Of a stretch of 64,000 nucleotides of DNA, positions 8,426-18,187 are shown one piece after another. Position numbers and translations under genes: made by a program. The stretch's first letter is position 1. Each line of letters begins with the position of its first letter. Below the pieces are notes generated by a model. The model saw nothing but the letters and a program-made list of their open reading frames with translations, had not been told where the DNA came from and ran no database searches. The stretch is from Bacteroidaceae bacterium (GTDB lineage: Bacteria > Actinomycetota > Coriobacteriia > Coriobacteriales > CADBOM01): positions 2,923-66,922 of the forward strand of contig CAVFRF010000046.1 of assembly GCA_963624975.1 (NCBI GenBank). The letters are read 5' to 3'.

Positions 8426-11421
8426 ATCCTCCTCTCGGGGCATCCCACGGCCTTGCAGTACTCGCATGAATGCTTGCTTCTGGGCATCGGCTCGATGTTG
8501 CCCTCGGCCATGCGCGCGATTGCTTCGGCCACGGCATCCTCCGTTGCCGATTCGAGCTGGGCCAGCTCGTCGGGTCTAAGCCCCAGCAGGTTCTTGCTCG
8601 CAAACAGCTGTTCCTCGCCCACCACGTGGTTGTCGAACACCGCCGCTATCTCCCTACGATGCGAGTACGACCGGTAGACCGTGCCCACCACATCGAGGCC
8701 CAGGACCCGCCTTGCCGCAGTGGCGTACACCATCGTCTGCATCTTCTCGGGAATGCGGGGGTCGATGCACGATGCGGAGTTCAGGTCGTCTTCGCCCGGA
8801 ATCTCATACGCCTCGCCCACCGAGCCCTTGTAGTCGATCACCATGGCCCTGCCCGATTCGTCCACGTCGACCCTGTCGATGATCCCCGAGAACTTGTGCC
8901 CGGCGTACTCGAACGAGCCGTCTTCGCCGAACTTCTTCTCGAACATCGTGGGCGTAAAGCCTCGCAGGAAGCCGGCATCGTCGGCGAGCAGATGACAGAT
9001 CTGCCGCTCGTAACGGGCGATCTCGAGCTTCTCCGACTCCAGAAGCGCGGCAAAGGGCGTCTGCGGATTGCGCTCCTCCTCGCCCGCTATGTACTCCTGC
9101 GCACACACGTCTACCAGGTTGGATATCTGTGCCCGCGACATTCCGTCCGTTCTAGCGGGGCCTTTGCGGTTCTCGCATATCTTGCCGTATGCCAGGCTCA
9201 GCACCCCGTGGAAGAAGTTGCCCCTGGCTATGGCGTCGATGCTGCATCCCACCATATTGGGGTCGATCATCTTATCCACGAACCACCTGTAGGGGCACTG
9301 CATGTAGGACTCCATGAACGTGGCCGAAAGCATCCGAGGCGCATCCGCGGATCCAAGGGCCGCCGTAGCGATCCGCCTTCTCTCGTTCTCGGTGAGGTCG
9401 GCAGCCGCACGCGGGTCGATGGGCACGTCGAACTGCGGTCCCGCCGCGTCTACGACGACCGGCGAGCCGCCCTCGTATGCCGGCTTGCGCACCAGCGTGG
9501 AGAGGTCGTGCTCGTCCATCACCCGCACGACCCGAGGGTCGCGCCGAGCCGCCTGCATAACTGGCTGCGGCAGCGCCGTTGCCCTGTCGAGCGAGTCGAA
9601 GTCGTCGAGGTCTTCCCGATACACGTCTACCAGCTCTTCGAACAGCACGCTGGGGCGCTGCTCGTTGCCGTCTTTGTCGGCGAGAGATCTTTCCAGCACC
9701 AGCGCCCCGGACACGCTGCCGAGCGCCAGGTAGAAGTCGAACCTCTTGGATGCCAGATAGTCGTCATCGTCGGCAACGCCCACCTTGGCCAGAAGCTGCA
9801 CGCTCACGTCCTCGTCCTTCGACACCGGAAACGCTTCTGCGGTAAACCCGGGAATTACGATGGCCTGCCTGGGCTTGGCACCGGCTGCCGTCAGGCTGCC
9901 GAACTCGACGCATCTGGTCTCGTCGGAGCCCTCAGCCACGATCTGGTACCTCGCGTTGGCATCCATGAGCTGCAGCATCCGCACGCATTCCTCGCGTTCG
10001 AGACCGAGCGCGATGCCAAACTCCATGACCGACGAAATGGTTGCGGCGGTGCTCTGCGCATACGACGGCAGCAGGTTCTCCACGTCGGATTCGGAGAACT
10101 CGCCGCACCTGCTCCTGTATGCGCGCATCATCGAATCCAGCACCTTGCGGAAGTCCCCATCTTCAAACGCCTTGGCGATCTGGGCCGACGTGTCGGAGCA
10201 ACCTGCGATGTCGTCGAGAACGTTCTTGAGCATCAGGTCTTTCATGGAGCGCCACGATGCTCCGGTCTTGCGCGCCTGAGCGGCCGACATCCCAGAAAAC
10301 GGGCTGATGGCAAAGTCGCACATCTTCGTCACGTTGGTGGAGAGTAGCCCTGCGAACGCCTTGCCAATCTGCGTTTGCGCCACGTTCTGGCTCAGCTTGC
10401 CGCAACTCGATATGCCCAGCCTGCGCAGCCTCTCCTGAACGTCGAGTGCAGGCGGCAGCGCATCGTTGACCACATATATGTGTTGAGGCTCCACGCCATC
10501 GGCCACGAGCTGCGCCACCTGTTCGGCCACGAGCTGGGGTTCGACCTTCGTGCCGGTTGAGAACGCGAACCTCACGTCGCCGATTGGCTCTACGATGCCT
10601 TCGCCTGTGTAGATGGCCTCGCGAACCTCGTAAAGCTCTCGCGACCAGCCATCGGGGCACGCGCCAGCTGCAACAGAATCGCCATCCGCGCTAGACTCGC
10701 CGCCGGCGCCGATCGCACGCAGAGCGCTCTCCCCGTTGCCAAACCTGCGCACCAGCGCATCGATCTGGGCGAACGCGGCATCGTTGTGCCCGCGCTCGAA
10801 GAACACGTCGCAGCCTCGCCTTTCCAAGAAGGCGATCTGGCACCCCGTGAAGCTAGAGAACCCAGCTGCAACCTCCACTGGCTCTTCCGGCAGCGTGCAC
10901 GCCAGGTTGAGCAGCGCCTCGCCCTGCTCGATCAACCCGTTGCCGGCCAGCAGCCCCGAGTATCTGCGCAAGGCCGCCCAGATGCGGCCTTCGGCGCTGG
11001 AACAGTCCTCGCCACCAGCCAGCATCTCGCTCATGCCCGGCATGCCGAACCCCTTGGCCGCCACTCTGCTCAGCATATCCACGGTACCTGGAGTCGGAGG
11101 CAGCTTCTCGCCATCCGTCCCAGCCGGAGTCTGCTTCACTGCCGCCATCATCGCCATGATGCGCGACCCCGTGCTAGCCACAACGCGCCCGTCGCCAAAC
11201 AGTTCCCATTTTTCCTCGATGTACTCCGTCATAGTCGCGACCTTGGTGCCGAAGGCCAACTCGGGATACGAGGTTGCAAACAAGCTCCGCCACGCGTCCA
11301 CATCGGCCGACGTGGGCACCAGCAGCACCCGGGTCACACCGCGCGGCGCATCCTCCAAATGTTGCGCCACCATGTGACGCAGCTGCTCGCTGCTATCAGA
11401 CAAACGAACGGTTGCCGGCAT
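8422..11421 (-). CDS. addB: ATP-dependent helicase/nuclease subunit B (AddB-like, RecB-family nuclease with Fe-S cysteines)
   Basis: 999 aa with a C-terminal nuclease motif (MVIDYKGS). One upstream Cys (MQCPYRWF) and a terminal CEYCKAVGCP cluster match the AddB iron-staple arrangement. It is translationally coupled to addA. Confidence 0.8.
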   Translation of the reverse strand: MPATVRLSDSSEQLRHMVAQHLEDAPRGVTRVLLVPTSADVDAWRSLFATSYPELAFGTKVATMTEYIEEKWELFGDGRVVASTGSRIMAMMAAVKQTPAGTDGEKLPPTPGTVDMLSRVAAKGFGMPGMSEMLAGGEDCSSAEGRIWAALRRYSGLLAGNGLIEQGEALLNLACTLPEEPVEVAAGFSSFTGCQIAFLERRGCDVFFERGHNDAAFAQIDALVRRFGNGESALRAIGAGGESSADGDSVAAGACPDGWSRELYEVREAIYTGEGIVEPIGDVRFAFSTGTKVEPQLVAEQVAQLVADGVEPQHIYVVNDALPPALDVQERLRRLGISSCGKLSQNVAQTQIGKAFAGLLSTNVTKMCDFAISPFSGMSAAQARKTGASWRSMKDLMLKNVLDDIAGCSDTSAQIAKAFEDGDFRKVLDSMMRAYRSRCGEFSESDVENLLPSYAQSTAATISSVMEFGIALGLEREECVRMLQLMDANARYQIVAEGSDETRCVEFGSLTAAGAKPRQAIVIPGFTAEAFPVSKDEDVSVQLLAKVGVADDDDYLASKRFDFYLALGSVSGALVLERSLADKDGNEQRPSVLFEELVDVYREDLDDFDSLDRATALPQPVMQAARRDPRVVRVMDEHDLSTLVRKPAYEGGSPVVVDAAGPQFDVPIDPRAAADLTENERRRIATAALGSADAPRMLSATFMESYMQCPYRWFVDKMIDPNMVGCSIDAIARGNFFHGVLSLAYGKICENRKGPARTDGMSRAQISNLVDVCAQEYIAGEEERNPQTPFAALLESEKLEIARYERQICHLLADDAGFLRGFTPTMFEKKFGEDGSFEYAGHKFSGIIDRVDVDESGRAMVIDYKGSVGEAYEIPGEDDLNSASCIDPRIPEKMQTMVYATAARRVLGLDVVGTVYRSYSHRREIAAVFDNHVVGEEQLFASKNLLGLRPDELAQLESATEDAVAEAIARMAEGNIEPMPRSKHSCEYCKAVGCPERRI

Positions 11422-11815
11422 AAACCGACCCCTTTCTCAAACGATTCGTGCAATTCCGCGTGCGCCAAATGCTACCCACCGGGGCGGACATTAATTCCCG
11501 CTAACAAGAGTGGCTCGTCTTCGTTAAACATAATAGTCATCTACAACCGGCACCGTGGGTAGTCTCTAGCCGGTTCCACTAGTCCTAGGCACTTTCCTCT
11601 TGCCTGGGCCTGGCGAGGTACTCCCTCGTGTAGTGGCCGTCGATGTCCATGTACCTGCCGGTCACAGCGGTCCCAATGAAACAAATAATTCGCGTCTTGA
11701 AAGCTGACGGCCGACAAGGCCAGTTTGGGCGGGGAATTGAATCGATTGCGGTAGCGAGCACACCCGAAGGCGTGATGGCAGTTGTCGTCTGAAATCAATG
11801 CCGGCGGAGCAAACG

Positions 11816-12100
11816 CTACGCTATTGCGGCAACTTCAACTTTCATGCCAAGGGCGTTGATAACCTTTTGCACGGTCGCAAAGGAGGGATTTCCCGTAGGA
11901 GAAAGCGCTTTGTAGAGTCCGTCGCGGGAAATGCCAGTTTCGCGGGCAAGCTGCGTCATGCCTTTTGCTCGGGCAATATCCCCCAGGGCGGCAGATAGCA
12001 CCGCAGGGTCGCCATCTTCAAGAGCGGCATTGAGATAGGCAGCCATGTCCTCTTCGGTTTCCAGATATTCGGTTACGCCGTATGCTTTAGCCGTCTTCAT
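11816..12100 (-). CDS. Addiction-module antidote protein (HigA-like HTH antitoxin)
   Basis: C-terminal HTH GMTQLARETGISRDGLYKALSPTGNPSFATVQKVINALG and an N-terminal TEYLETEEDMAAYLNAALEDGDP, typical of the 'putative addiction module antidote' family. ATG 12100 is preferred over the GTG at 12109 used by the track. Confidence 0.75.
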   Translation of the reverse strand: MKTAKAYGVTEYLETEEDMAAYLNAALEDGDPAVLSAALGDIARAKGMTQLARETGISRDGLYKALSPTGNPSFATVQKVINALGMKVEVAAIA

Positions 12101-12125
12101 AATCCTCACCTGCTACTCATATTCC

Positions 12126-12206
12126 CTACTTAGCGCTTTCGCGCGCTCTATATATCAAACGCTTGAGCCATTTGGAAAATTCATCTGTTTGCCGAATCTC
12201 TATCAT
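12126..12206 (-). pseudogene. Truncated RelE/ParE-superfamily 'addiction module killer' toxin remnant (26 codons)
   Basis: The minus-strand ORF MIEIRQTDEFSKWLKRLIYRARESAK* was translated by hand. The first 17 residues match the conserved N-terminus of the cognate killer-protein family (about 100 aa, starting MIEI.qTd.F.kWl..L). The body of the toxin is missing. Confidence 0.6.
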
Positions 12207-12214
12207 GCACAAAC

Positions 12215-12241
12215 TGTATACTGCAATCTACACTCTGTCAA
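12215..12241 (-). promoter_or_regulatory. Candidate promoter of the toxin-remnant/antitoxin unit
   Basis: The minus strand reads TTGACA (12241-12236), a 15-nt spacer, then TATACA (12220-12215). It ends 8 nt before the remnant ATG, which would give a near-leaderless transcript. The spacer is shorter than optimal. Confidence 0.35.
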
Positions 12242-12500
12242 CAAGAGTTTTGCTCTCTGCAGCCTACATATTCGGGCAGCATTTTTGAGAATAGCGGCGA
12301 ACTCTGATGTTCGTTCGTCAAGCTTTAGGATGCAGCTAGTTCTCCGACAGCTTCGCAGGCTGCGACTTTGCCGCCTCGTGGCGGGTCTGTACCAGCTCCT
12401 CCAGCAAGCCCGCCGCATGTCAACGCCATCGCACGTCAAACGCCCTTGCGGGTAAAATGCAAAGCGGATCGGCCACGACGACCAGAAAGAGAGCACCAAC

Positions 12501-13868
12501 ATGAAAGAACTGCGTCAGGAGTACATCGACGACGTTATCGCGCTCGACGGCGACGTCGAGGGGCGCCGCCAGGCGCTCGACCTCATCGAGAACTCCGACG
12601 TGATGGTCCATGGCCAGCCCGCCCCGTTTCCGTACGTGCCCTACCTCTTCAGCGACGGCGACCTCGCCACGGTCTTCGCCGACATGCGCACGGCCCACCG
12701 CATACTCTGCAAGGTGATCCGACGCTTCCTCGACGACCCATCCTACCGGCAGATATTCCACTTCCCACCCGAGGTAGAGCGGCTCATCCTGCTACCCTGC
12801 GGATACGACCAGCTGCTGCCCATGGGGCGCTTCGACGTCTTCCTTTCCGAAGACGACGGCAGCTACAAGTTCTGCGAGTTCAACACCGACGGCAGCGGCG
12901 CCATGTCGCGCGACCTCATGATCGGCCGCGCGCTCATGCAGGGCAGCGCGTTCAAGCGCTTCGCCTCCAAGCACGACGTGGAGCAGTTCGAGCTGTTCGA
13001 CTCGTGGGCCGCCGCCTTCATGCGCATATACGAGAGCGACCCGGGACACGTGACCAATCCAACGGTGTGCATCACCGACTTCCGCGAGAGCGGAGTGTTC
13101 AGCGACTTCGACCGCTTCATCGAAGCGTTCGAGCGGGCGGGGATGAGCGCGCGCTTCGTGGACATCCGCGACTTCGAGTTCGACGGGGAGCACCTAGTCG
13201 ACCCGTCGGACGGCACCGCGATCGACGCGATCTACCGCAGGTCGGTCACCAGCGAGATTCTGCAGCATCCGGGCGAATGCGATGCAATGATCGACGCGGT
13301 AGCCGCCGGCAAGGTGAGCCTCATCGGACACTTCCGCACCACGGTGGTGCACTCCAAGATGGTCAACGTGGCGCTGTTCGACCCGCGCACCGCAGAGTTC
13401 CTTACCCCAGAGGAGCTTGCGTTCGTGCACGCGCACGTGCCGCGCACCTACCGGATGGTTTCCGGCGAGAGCGCGAACGCGGGCGAAGGCAACGCCAGAG
13501 CCGCCTTCGACATCGCCGAGGTGAAAGCCCACAAAGACAGCTGGATCATCAAGCCCGAGGACGACTACGGCTCGCACGGCGTGCATCCCGGAGTAGACTG
13601 CACGCAAACCGAATGGGAGCAGCTGGTAGATGCCAGCATCGACTGCGGCTGCATCGTGCAGGAGTTCTGCAACCCGCCGCTGGTCGACGTGGTCGACACC
13701 CGCATCGACGAGTCGAATCCCTGCGCCATCACAAGTTGGAAATCGATGCCGGGCATATATATGTACGACGGCGAGCCGGTGGGATTCTACTGCCGCCTCG
13801 GCAGCGAGGGAGTGATCGCCATCGACCACGGCGGCCTGTGCTCGTGCAGCTTCCGGGTGCGCAGCTAG
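12501..13868 (+). CDS. Glutathionylspermidine-synthase-like ATP-grasp family protein
   Basis: 455 aa. The block MGRFDVFLSEDDGSYKFCEFNTDGSGAM matches the GSP_synth/pre-ATP-grasp signature (RfDf...K.lE.N.D.P). The substrate is unknown. Confidence 0.55.
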   Translation: MKELRQEYIDDVIALDGDVEGRRQALDLIENSDVMVHGQPAPFPYVPYLFSDGDLATVFADMRTAHRILCKVIRRFLDDPSYRQIFHFPPEVERLILLPCGYDQLLPMGRFDVFLSEDDGSYKFCEFNTDGSGAMSRDLMIGRALMQGSAFKRFASKHDVEQFELFDSWAAAFMRIYESDPGHVTNPTVCITDFRESGVFSDFDRFIEAFERAGMSARFVDIRDFEFDGEHLVDPSDGTAIDAIYRRSVTSEILQHPGECDAMIDAVAAGKVSLIGHFRTTVVHSKMVNVALFDPRTAEFLTPEELAFVHAHVPRTYRMVSGESANAGEGNARAAFDIAEVKAHKDSWIIKPEDDYGSHGVHPGVDCTQTEWEQLVDASIDCGCIVQEFCNPPLVDVVDTRIDESNPCAITSWKSMPGIYMYDGEPVGFYCRLGSEGVIAIDHGGLCSCSFRVRS

Positions 13869-14437
13869 GCGCGCGCCTCCTTCACCATGATGTGGTCGGT
13901 CATCACGAAACCCTCGCCGATCGGGTTGTCCACATCCTCGATCACGTAGAACCCGCGGCCCAGGTAGGCGCGCACGCCCATCACGTTGTCGCGGTTGACG
14001 GTGAGGTACATCGCAGGCAGGTCCTCGTCCACGATCAGCTTGGCATAGAACTCCAGCACCTCGCTCGAGTAGTGCTTGCCGCGCTCGCTGGCATATAGGT
14101 AGATCTTGCTGATGAAGAACCTCTCGGGAAACTCCGCGTCCACCGCGGGGCTGTGGCTGATGTGCGCGTCGTGCTCCGCATCGCCGGTGAGCTTCTCGGT
14201 GGCTCCGCCCGTGTAGCCCACGACGTTGCCGGCCTCGTCGCGCAAGACCCAGTACCTGTAGGAGTTGTTGGCTATGTCGTTGGCAATGGCCTTCTCGCTC
14301 TGGAACATCTCCACCATGTAGTCGGTCTGCTCCTGCCCGATGATGTCGGGCCAGTACTCGTTCCAGATGCTGCTCGCAATCTGCGCAAGCTCGGCGATTT
14401 CGTCCTGCGTGCGTACCGGTTGAAAGCTAAGTGCCAT
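13865..14437 (-). CDS. GNAT-family N-acetyltransferase
   Basis: 190 aa with GNAT-like layout and size (YWVLRDEAGNVVGY..., RGKHYSSEVLEF..., LTVNRDNVMGVRAYLGRGF). It makes a 4-nt convergent overlap with the ATP-grasp gene. Confidence 0.65.
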   Translation of the reverse strand: MALSFQPVRTQDEIAELAQIASSIWNEYWPDIIGQEQTDYMVEMFQSEKAIANDIANNSYRYWVLRDEAGNVVGYTGGATEKLTGDAEHDAHISHSPAVDAEFPERFFISKIYLYASERGKHYSSEVLEFYAKLIVDEDLPAMYLTVNRDNVMGVRAYLGRGFYVIEDVDNPIGEGFVMTDHIMVKEARA

Positions 14438-14659
14438 GTGCGAATCCTCCTGATTTCTGCGATCGGTGCGACCGCCCTCCCGCTTTCAACGCTAACACCG
14501 CCGCCGCTCGGGCAGCCGCACGCTCTCGCCAATCGGGCTTGCAAGCCGTCTCGTCATGCGAGCACCTGAGCGCCGCGCTTCAACCGCGCCGGCATAGGCC
14601 TATAATGTGGTTGCCCATCCGCAAGCGTCCACGCGGCGCGCCCAACGTTAGGAATTCCC

Positions 14660-15652
14660 ATGAAGATGGTCACCAACTTCCCGCTGTTCAACGGCTGCCT
14701 CGACGAGTACGGCTCGATGGAGGGGCTGCTCGAATGCTGCCGCGAATGCGGCGTCGACGGAATCGAGGCCATCTGGGATTGCGCGCCCTACACCGATCAG
14801 CTGCCGCTGCCGGGCATGGCCATCGGGCACCATCTGGTGTTCTGGTCGTGCTGGGTGGACTTCTGGATCCACGACGAGGAAGCGCTCATGCGCGAGTACC
14901 CCGACTGGGACACCGTGTACGAGTACTACCGCGGCAAAAGCAAGGACAGCATCGTGGAGGAGTACGGCCGCGACATAGAGCGTGCGATGCAAAACGGCGC
15001 GGAGTACCTCGTGTTCCACGTGTCGGAAGTCAACCTCGAGGAGTGCTTTACCTACAGCTTCGTGCACAGCGACGACCTGGTGATCGACTGCGCGCTGGAG
15101 TGCATCAACCGCATCACGCCATACATCACCAACGGGGCGGCCCTCTTGGTGGAAAACCAGTGGTGGCCCGGATTCACGTTCACCAGACCCGAGATCACGA
15201 AGCGCCTGCTCGATGGCATCGAGTACGACAACAAGGGCATCATGCTCGACATCGGGCATCTCATGAACGCCAACACCGGTCTCCGTACCGAGCAAGACGG
15301 CATCGCCTACATCAACCAGATGCTCGACGAGCATGGCGAGCTGGCCAAGATGGTGAGGGGCTTGCACCTTCACCAGTCGCTTTCGGGCAAGTATGTGGAG
15401 TCCAACGGCTACAGGTTCACGCAGAAGTTCCTGGACTCCCCCACCTATTGGGAGAAGTACGCCAGCTGCTACGACCACATCCTGCACGTCGACCTGCACC
15501 AGCCCTGGACCGACCCGGGCATCGCGCAGGTGGTGCAGCGCATCGATCCGGAGTGGGTCAACCACGAGCTGAGCGCATATGGAAAGGGCCCGCATTCGCA
15601 GGCCCTCAAGACTCAAATCGAAACTCTTCGCCGCGGCGGGCTGAGCTGGTAG
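14660..15652 (+). CDS. Sugar phosphate isomerase/epimerase-like (xylose-isomerase-type TIM barrel) protein
   Basis: 330 aa with conserved acid/His positions in a TIM-barrel pattern (LVFHVSE, LLVENQWW, MLDIGHL, LHLHQS). Confidence 0.5.
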   Translation: MKMVTNFPLFNGCLDEYGSMEGLLECCRECGVDGIEAIWDCAPYTDQLPLPGMAIGHHLVFWSCWVDFWIHDEEALMREYPDWDTVYEYYRGKSKDSIVEEYGRDIERAMQNGAEYLVFHVSEVNLEECFTYSFVHSDDLVIDCALECINRITPYITNGAALLVENQWWPGFTFTRPEITKRLLDGIEYDNKGIMLDIGHLMNANTGLRTEQDGIAYINQMLDEHGELAKMVRGLHLHQSLSGKYVESNGYRFTQKFLDSPTYWEKYASCYDHILHVDLHQPWTDPGIAQVVQRIDPEWVNHELSAYGKGPHSQALKTQIETLRRGGLSW

Positions 15653-15727
15653 CCGCCCTGCGGCGCGAATCGCGTCCATTAGCTGCGGGGCTGTGCCCCG
15701 ACCCGCGAGCCGCAAGGCCCGCAGCCG

Positions 15728-16963
15728 CTAGTACCTGTTGTCGTAGATGCGCTGCGTCTTCTTCTCCGACCTCGGCAGCTCGCCGATGGCCACGCCCTTC
15801 GCCACCGGCGTCATGCCGATGCGGTCCTTGAACGTGCGCGCCACCTCGTGCTCCACCTTCTCGCGGTCCTCGCCGGTGGTGGCCGTCTCGAAGAACAGCG
15901 TGAGGATGTCCTTGCCCATCAGGTGGTCGATCATCACCTGGTACTCCGACGAGGCGCCGTCCACCATCTTGATGACTTCCTCGAACTGAGCCGGGAACAT
16001 GTTCACGCCCTTGACCTTCACCATGTCGTCGGTGCGGCCCATGATGATGTCGATGCGCGGATGCGGGCTGCCGCAGTCGCACTGGCCCGGCACGATGCGG
16101 GTGAGGTCGTGCGTGCGGAACCTGATGAGCGGTGCGCCCTCCTTCTGCAGCGTGGTGAGCACAAGCTCGCCCATCTCGCCGTCGGGCAGGTTCTCGCCGG
16201 TACGCGGGTCCACAACCTCCACGTACACGTAGTCGTTCCACATGTGCATGGCGCTGTCGGCCTTGCAGTTGATGCCGATGCCGGGGCCGTACACCTCGGT
16301 GAGGCCGTAGATGTCGTAAAGCTCCACGCCCAGCTCGCCGGCGATGCGCTGGCGCATCTTGTCGCCCCAGCGCTCGGAGCCGATGATGCCCTTGCGCAGC
16401 TTGATCTGGTCGCCGATGCCGCGCTTGGCGATCTCTTCGGCCAGCAGCAGCGCGTACGAGCTGGTGGCGCACAGCACCGTGGACTCCATGTCGATCATCA
16501 TCTTGAGCTGCTTGTCGGTGTTGCCCGGCCCCATGGGAATGGCCATGGCGCCCAGCCTCTCGCAGCCGGCCTGGAAGCCGATGCCTGCGGTCCACAGCCC
16601 GTATCCCGGGGTGATGTGGATCCTGTCGGCCGGAGTCACGCCCGCATACTCGTAGCAGCGCGCGAACTGCACGGCCCAGTCCTCCACGTCCTTCTTGGTG
16701 TAGGGAATGATCACCGGCGTGCCCGTGGTGCCCGACGACGAGTGGATCCTCACGATCTTCTCGGGCGGCACCGCGGCTAGCCCCAGCGGGTAGGCCTCGC
16801 GCAGGTCGGCCTTCTCGGTGAAGGGCAGCTTGGCGAAGTCGTCCTGCGTCTTCACGTCGCCAAGCTCGATGTCGGCGAACTTGCGAGCGTAGAACGGCGA
16901 CCTCTCCTTGAGCGTGGACAGCTGGTTGAGAATGGTCGAAAGCTGTTCGGATGTCATGTCCAT
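15728..16963 (-). CDS. paaK: Phenylacetate-CoA ligase family (PaaK-like adenylate-forming enzyme)
   Basis: 411 aa with SSGTTGTPVIIPYT (AMP-binding), FTEKADLREAYP, GYGLWTAGIGF and YGLTE, as in PaaK/coenzyme F390 synthetase-type ligases. Confidence 0.8.
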   Translation of the reverse strand: MDMTSEQLSTILNQLSTLKERSPFYARKFADIELGDVKTQDDFAKLPFTEKADLREAYPLGLAAVPPEKIVRIHSSSGTTGTPVIIPYTKKDVEDWAVQFARCYEYAGVTPADRIHITPGYGLWTAGIGFQAGCERLGAMAIPMGPGNTDKQLKMMIDMESTVLCATSSYALLLAEEIAKRGIGDQIKLRKGIIGSERWGDKMRQRIAGELGVELYDIYGLTEVYGPGIGINCKADSAMHMWNDYVYVEVVDPRTGENLPDGEMGELVLTTLQKEGAPLIRFRTHDLTRIVPGQCDCGSPHPRIDIIMGRTDDMVKVKGVNMFPAQFEEVIKMVDGASSEYQVMIDHLMGKDILTLFFETATTGEDREKVEHEVARTFKDRIGMTPVAKGVAIGELPRSEKKTQRIYDNRY

Positions 16964-17333
16964 GAAGAAGGCTCCTTGCCTTGGCCTGCGTTACATATTC
17001 GAAGCGAGCGGCGCTCGTATGGACGCGCCCGGGGTTTGCAGAAAGCCGCACGCCCTCGCGCCGCTTGCCCGATTTCAGCCCATTGATTCTACTCCAATAA
17101 GACCCCGTGTCGGCAGCGCATAACGCGAACGCCGCGCAGCACGACACCGCACTGCGCCGCAACGGGGCGATTTGAGCAGCTCGCACGTGCACCTACGGGC
17201 AAATATCGCGCTTCGGGGGCACCTACTTTGGCACTTTTCGACTCTAAAGCGCAAAAGTAGTGTAAAATCCGTGTTTCAAGTGTGTTTTTGCAAGTAAAGT
17301 TCCAACGTATCCAAGAAAGATGTAGGAGGGAAA

Positions 17334-18107
17334 ATGAAGAAGTTTGCAAAGATCGTCTGCGTCGCGGCAATGGGCGCGCTCCTGGTGATGGGCCTGGCGG
17401 CCTGCGGCGAGAGCAGCTCCAGCTCCACCGACAAGACCTACAAGATCGCCACCGACACCACGTTCGCACCGTTCGAGTTCCAGAACGCCGATGGCAACTA
17501 CGAGGGCATCGACGTCGACATCCTGGCCGCTATCGCCGAGGACCAGGGCTTCAAGTACGAGCTCGAGCCCCTCGGATTCGACGCAGCTCTCCAGGCTGTG
17601 CAGTCCAACCAGAGCGATGCCGTGATCGCTGGCATGACCATCACCGACGAGCGTGCAGAGGTCTTCGACTTCTCCGCTTCCTACTATGATTCCGGCGTGA
17701 TCATGGCAGTGGCTTCCGACAGCACGATCAGCAGCTACAGCGACCTGTCCGGCAAGAACGTGGCCGTCAAGAAGGGCACCATGGGTGCCGACTATGCGGC
17801 TTCGATCGCTGACCAGTACGGCTTCACCACCGTGACCTTCAACGACTCGCCCACCATGTATCAGGACGTGCTGGCCGGCAACACCGTGGCCTGCTTCGAG
17901 GACTACCCCGTGATGGGCTATGCCATCACCACCGGCATGAACCTCAAGATGGTCGGTGACCTGCAGTCGCCCAACCAGTACGGCTTCGCAGTGGCCAAGG
18001 GCCAGAACGCCGATCTGCTCAGCATGTTCAACAAGGGCCTCGAGAACATCAAGGCCAACGGCAAGTACGCCGAGATCTGCAACAAGTACGTTTCCAGCGG
18101 AAACTAA
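17334..18107 (+). CDS. Polar amino-acid ABC transporter substrate-binding lipoprotein
   Basis: 257 aa with a lipoprotein signal (LVMGLAACGES) and a family-3 SBP body (YKIATDTTFAPFEF..., DAVIAGMTIT.ER). AGGAGG RBS. Confidence 0.85.
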   Translation: MKKFAKIVCVAAMGALLVMGLAACGESSSSSTDKTYKIATDTTFAPFEFQNADGNYEGIDVDILAAIAEDQGFKYELEPLGFDAALQAVQSNQSDAVIAGMTITDERAEVFDFSASYYDSGVIMAVASDSTISSYSDLSGKNVAVKKGTMGADYAASIADQYGFTTVTFNDSPTMYQDVLAGNTVACFEDYPVMGYAITTGMNLKMVGDLQSPNQYGFAVAKGQNADLLSMFNKGLENIKANGKYAEICNKYVSSGN

Positions 18108-18125
18108 ATAGCTTGACCTGAACGA

Positions 18126-18157
18126 GAAGCCCCGCTCGCCACGAGCGGGGCTTCTTT
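18126..18157 (+). terminator. Intercistronic GC hairpin after the binding-protein gene (partial terminator/mRNA stabiliser)
   Basis: Stem GAAGCCCCGCTCG (18126-18138), a 3-nt loop, and CGAGCGGGGCTTC (18142-18154), followed by TTTG. Confidence 0.5.
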
Positions 18158-18187
18158 GCGGGATTAGGAACGGAGTTAGTAGGTTAG

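Noticed and set aside
11422-11815. The 85-aa ORF at 11541-11798 and a protein-like minus frame (…GTAVTGRYMDIDGHYTREYLARPRQEE) in the spacer between addB and the antitoxin.
   Set aside because: The ORF has odd composition, with no RBS and no motif. The other frame is closed by a stop and has no start. This may be debris of the element that brought the TA module, but no gene can be supported.
12368-14098. Very long alternative-frame or antisense ORFs throughout the window. Examples are 12368-14098 (576 aa), 38438-40351 (637 aa), 40475-42466 (663 aa), 4776-6119 (447 aa) and 51617-53314 (565 aa).
   Set aside because: All of them overlap well-supported genes and are dominated by Arg/Pro/Gly/Ala/His, the composition expected from off-frame reading of GC-rich coding DNA. 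None has a recognisable motif. I treated them as shadow ORFs.
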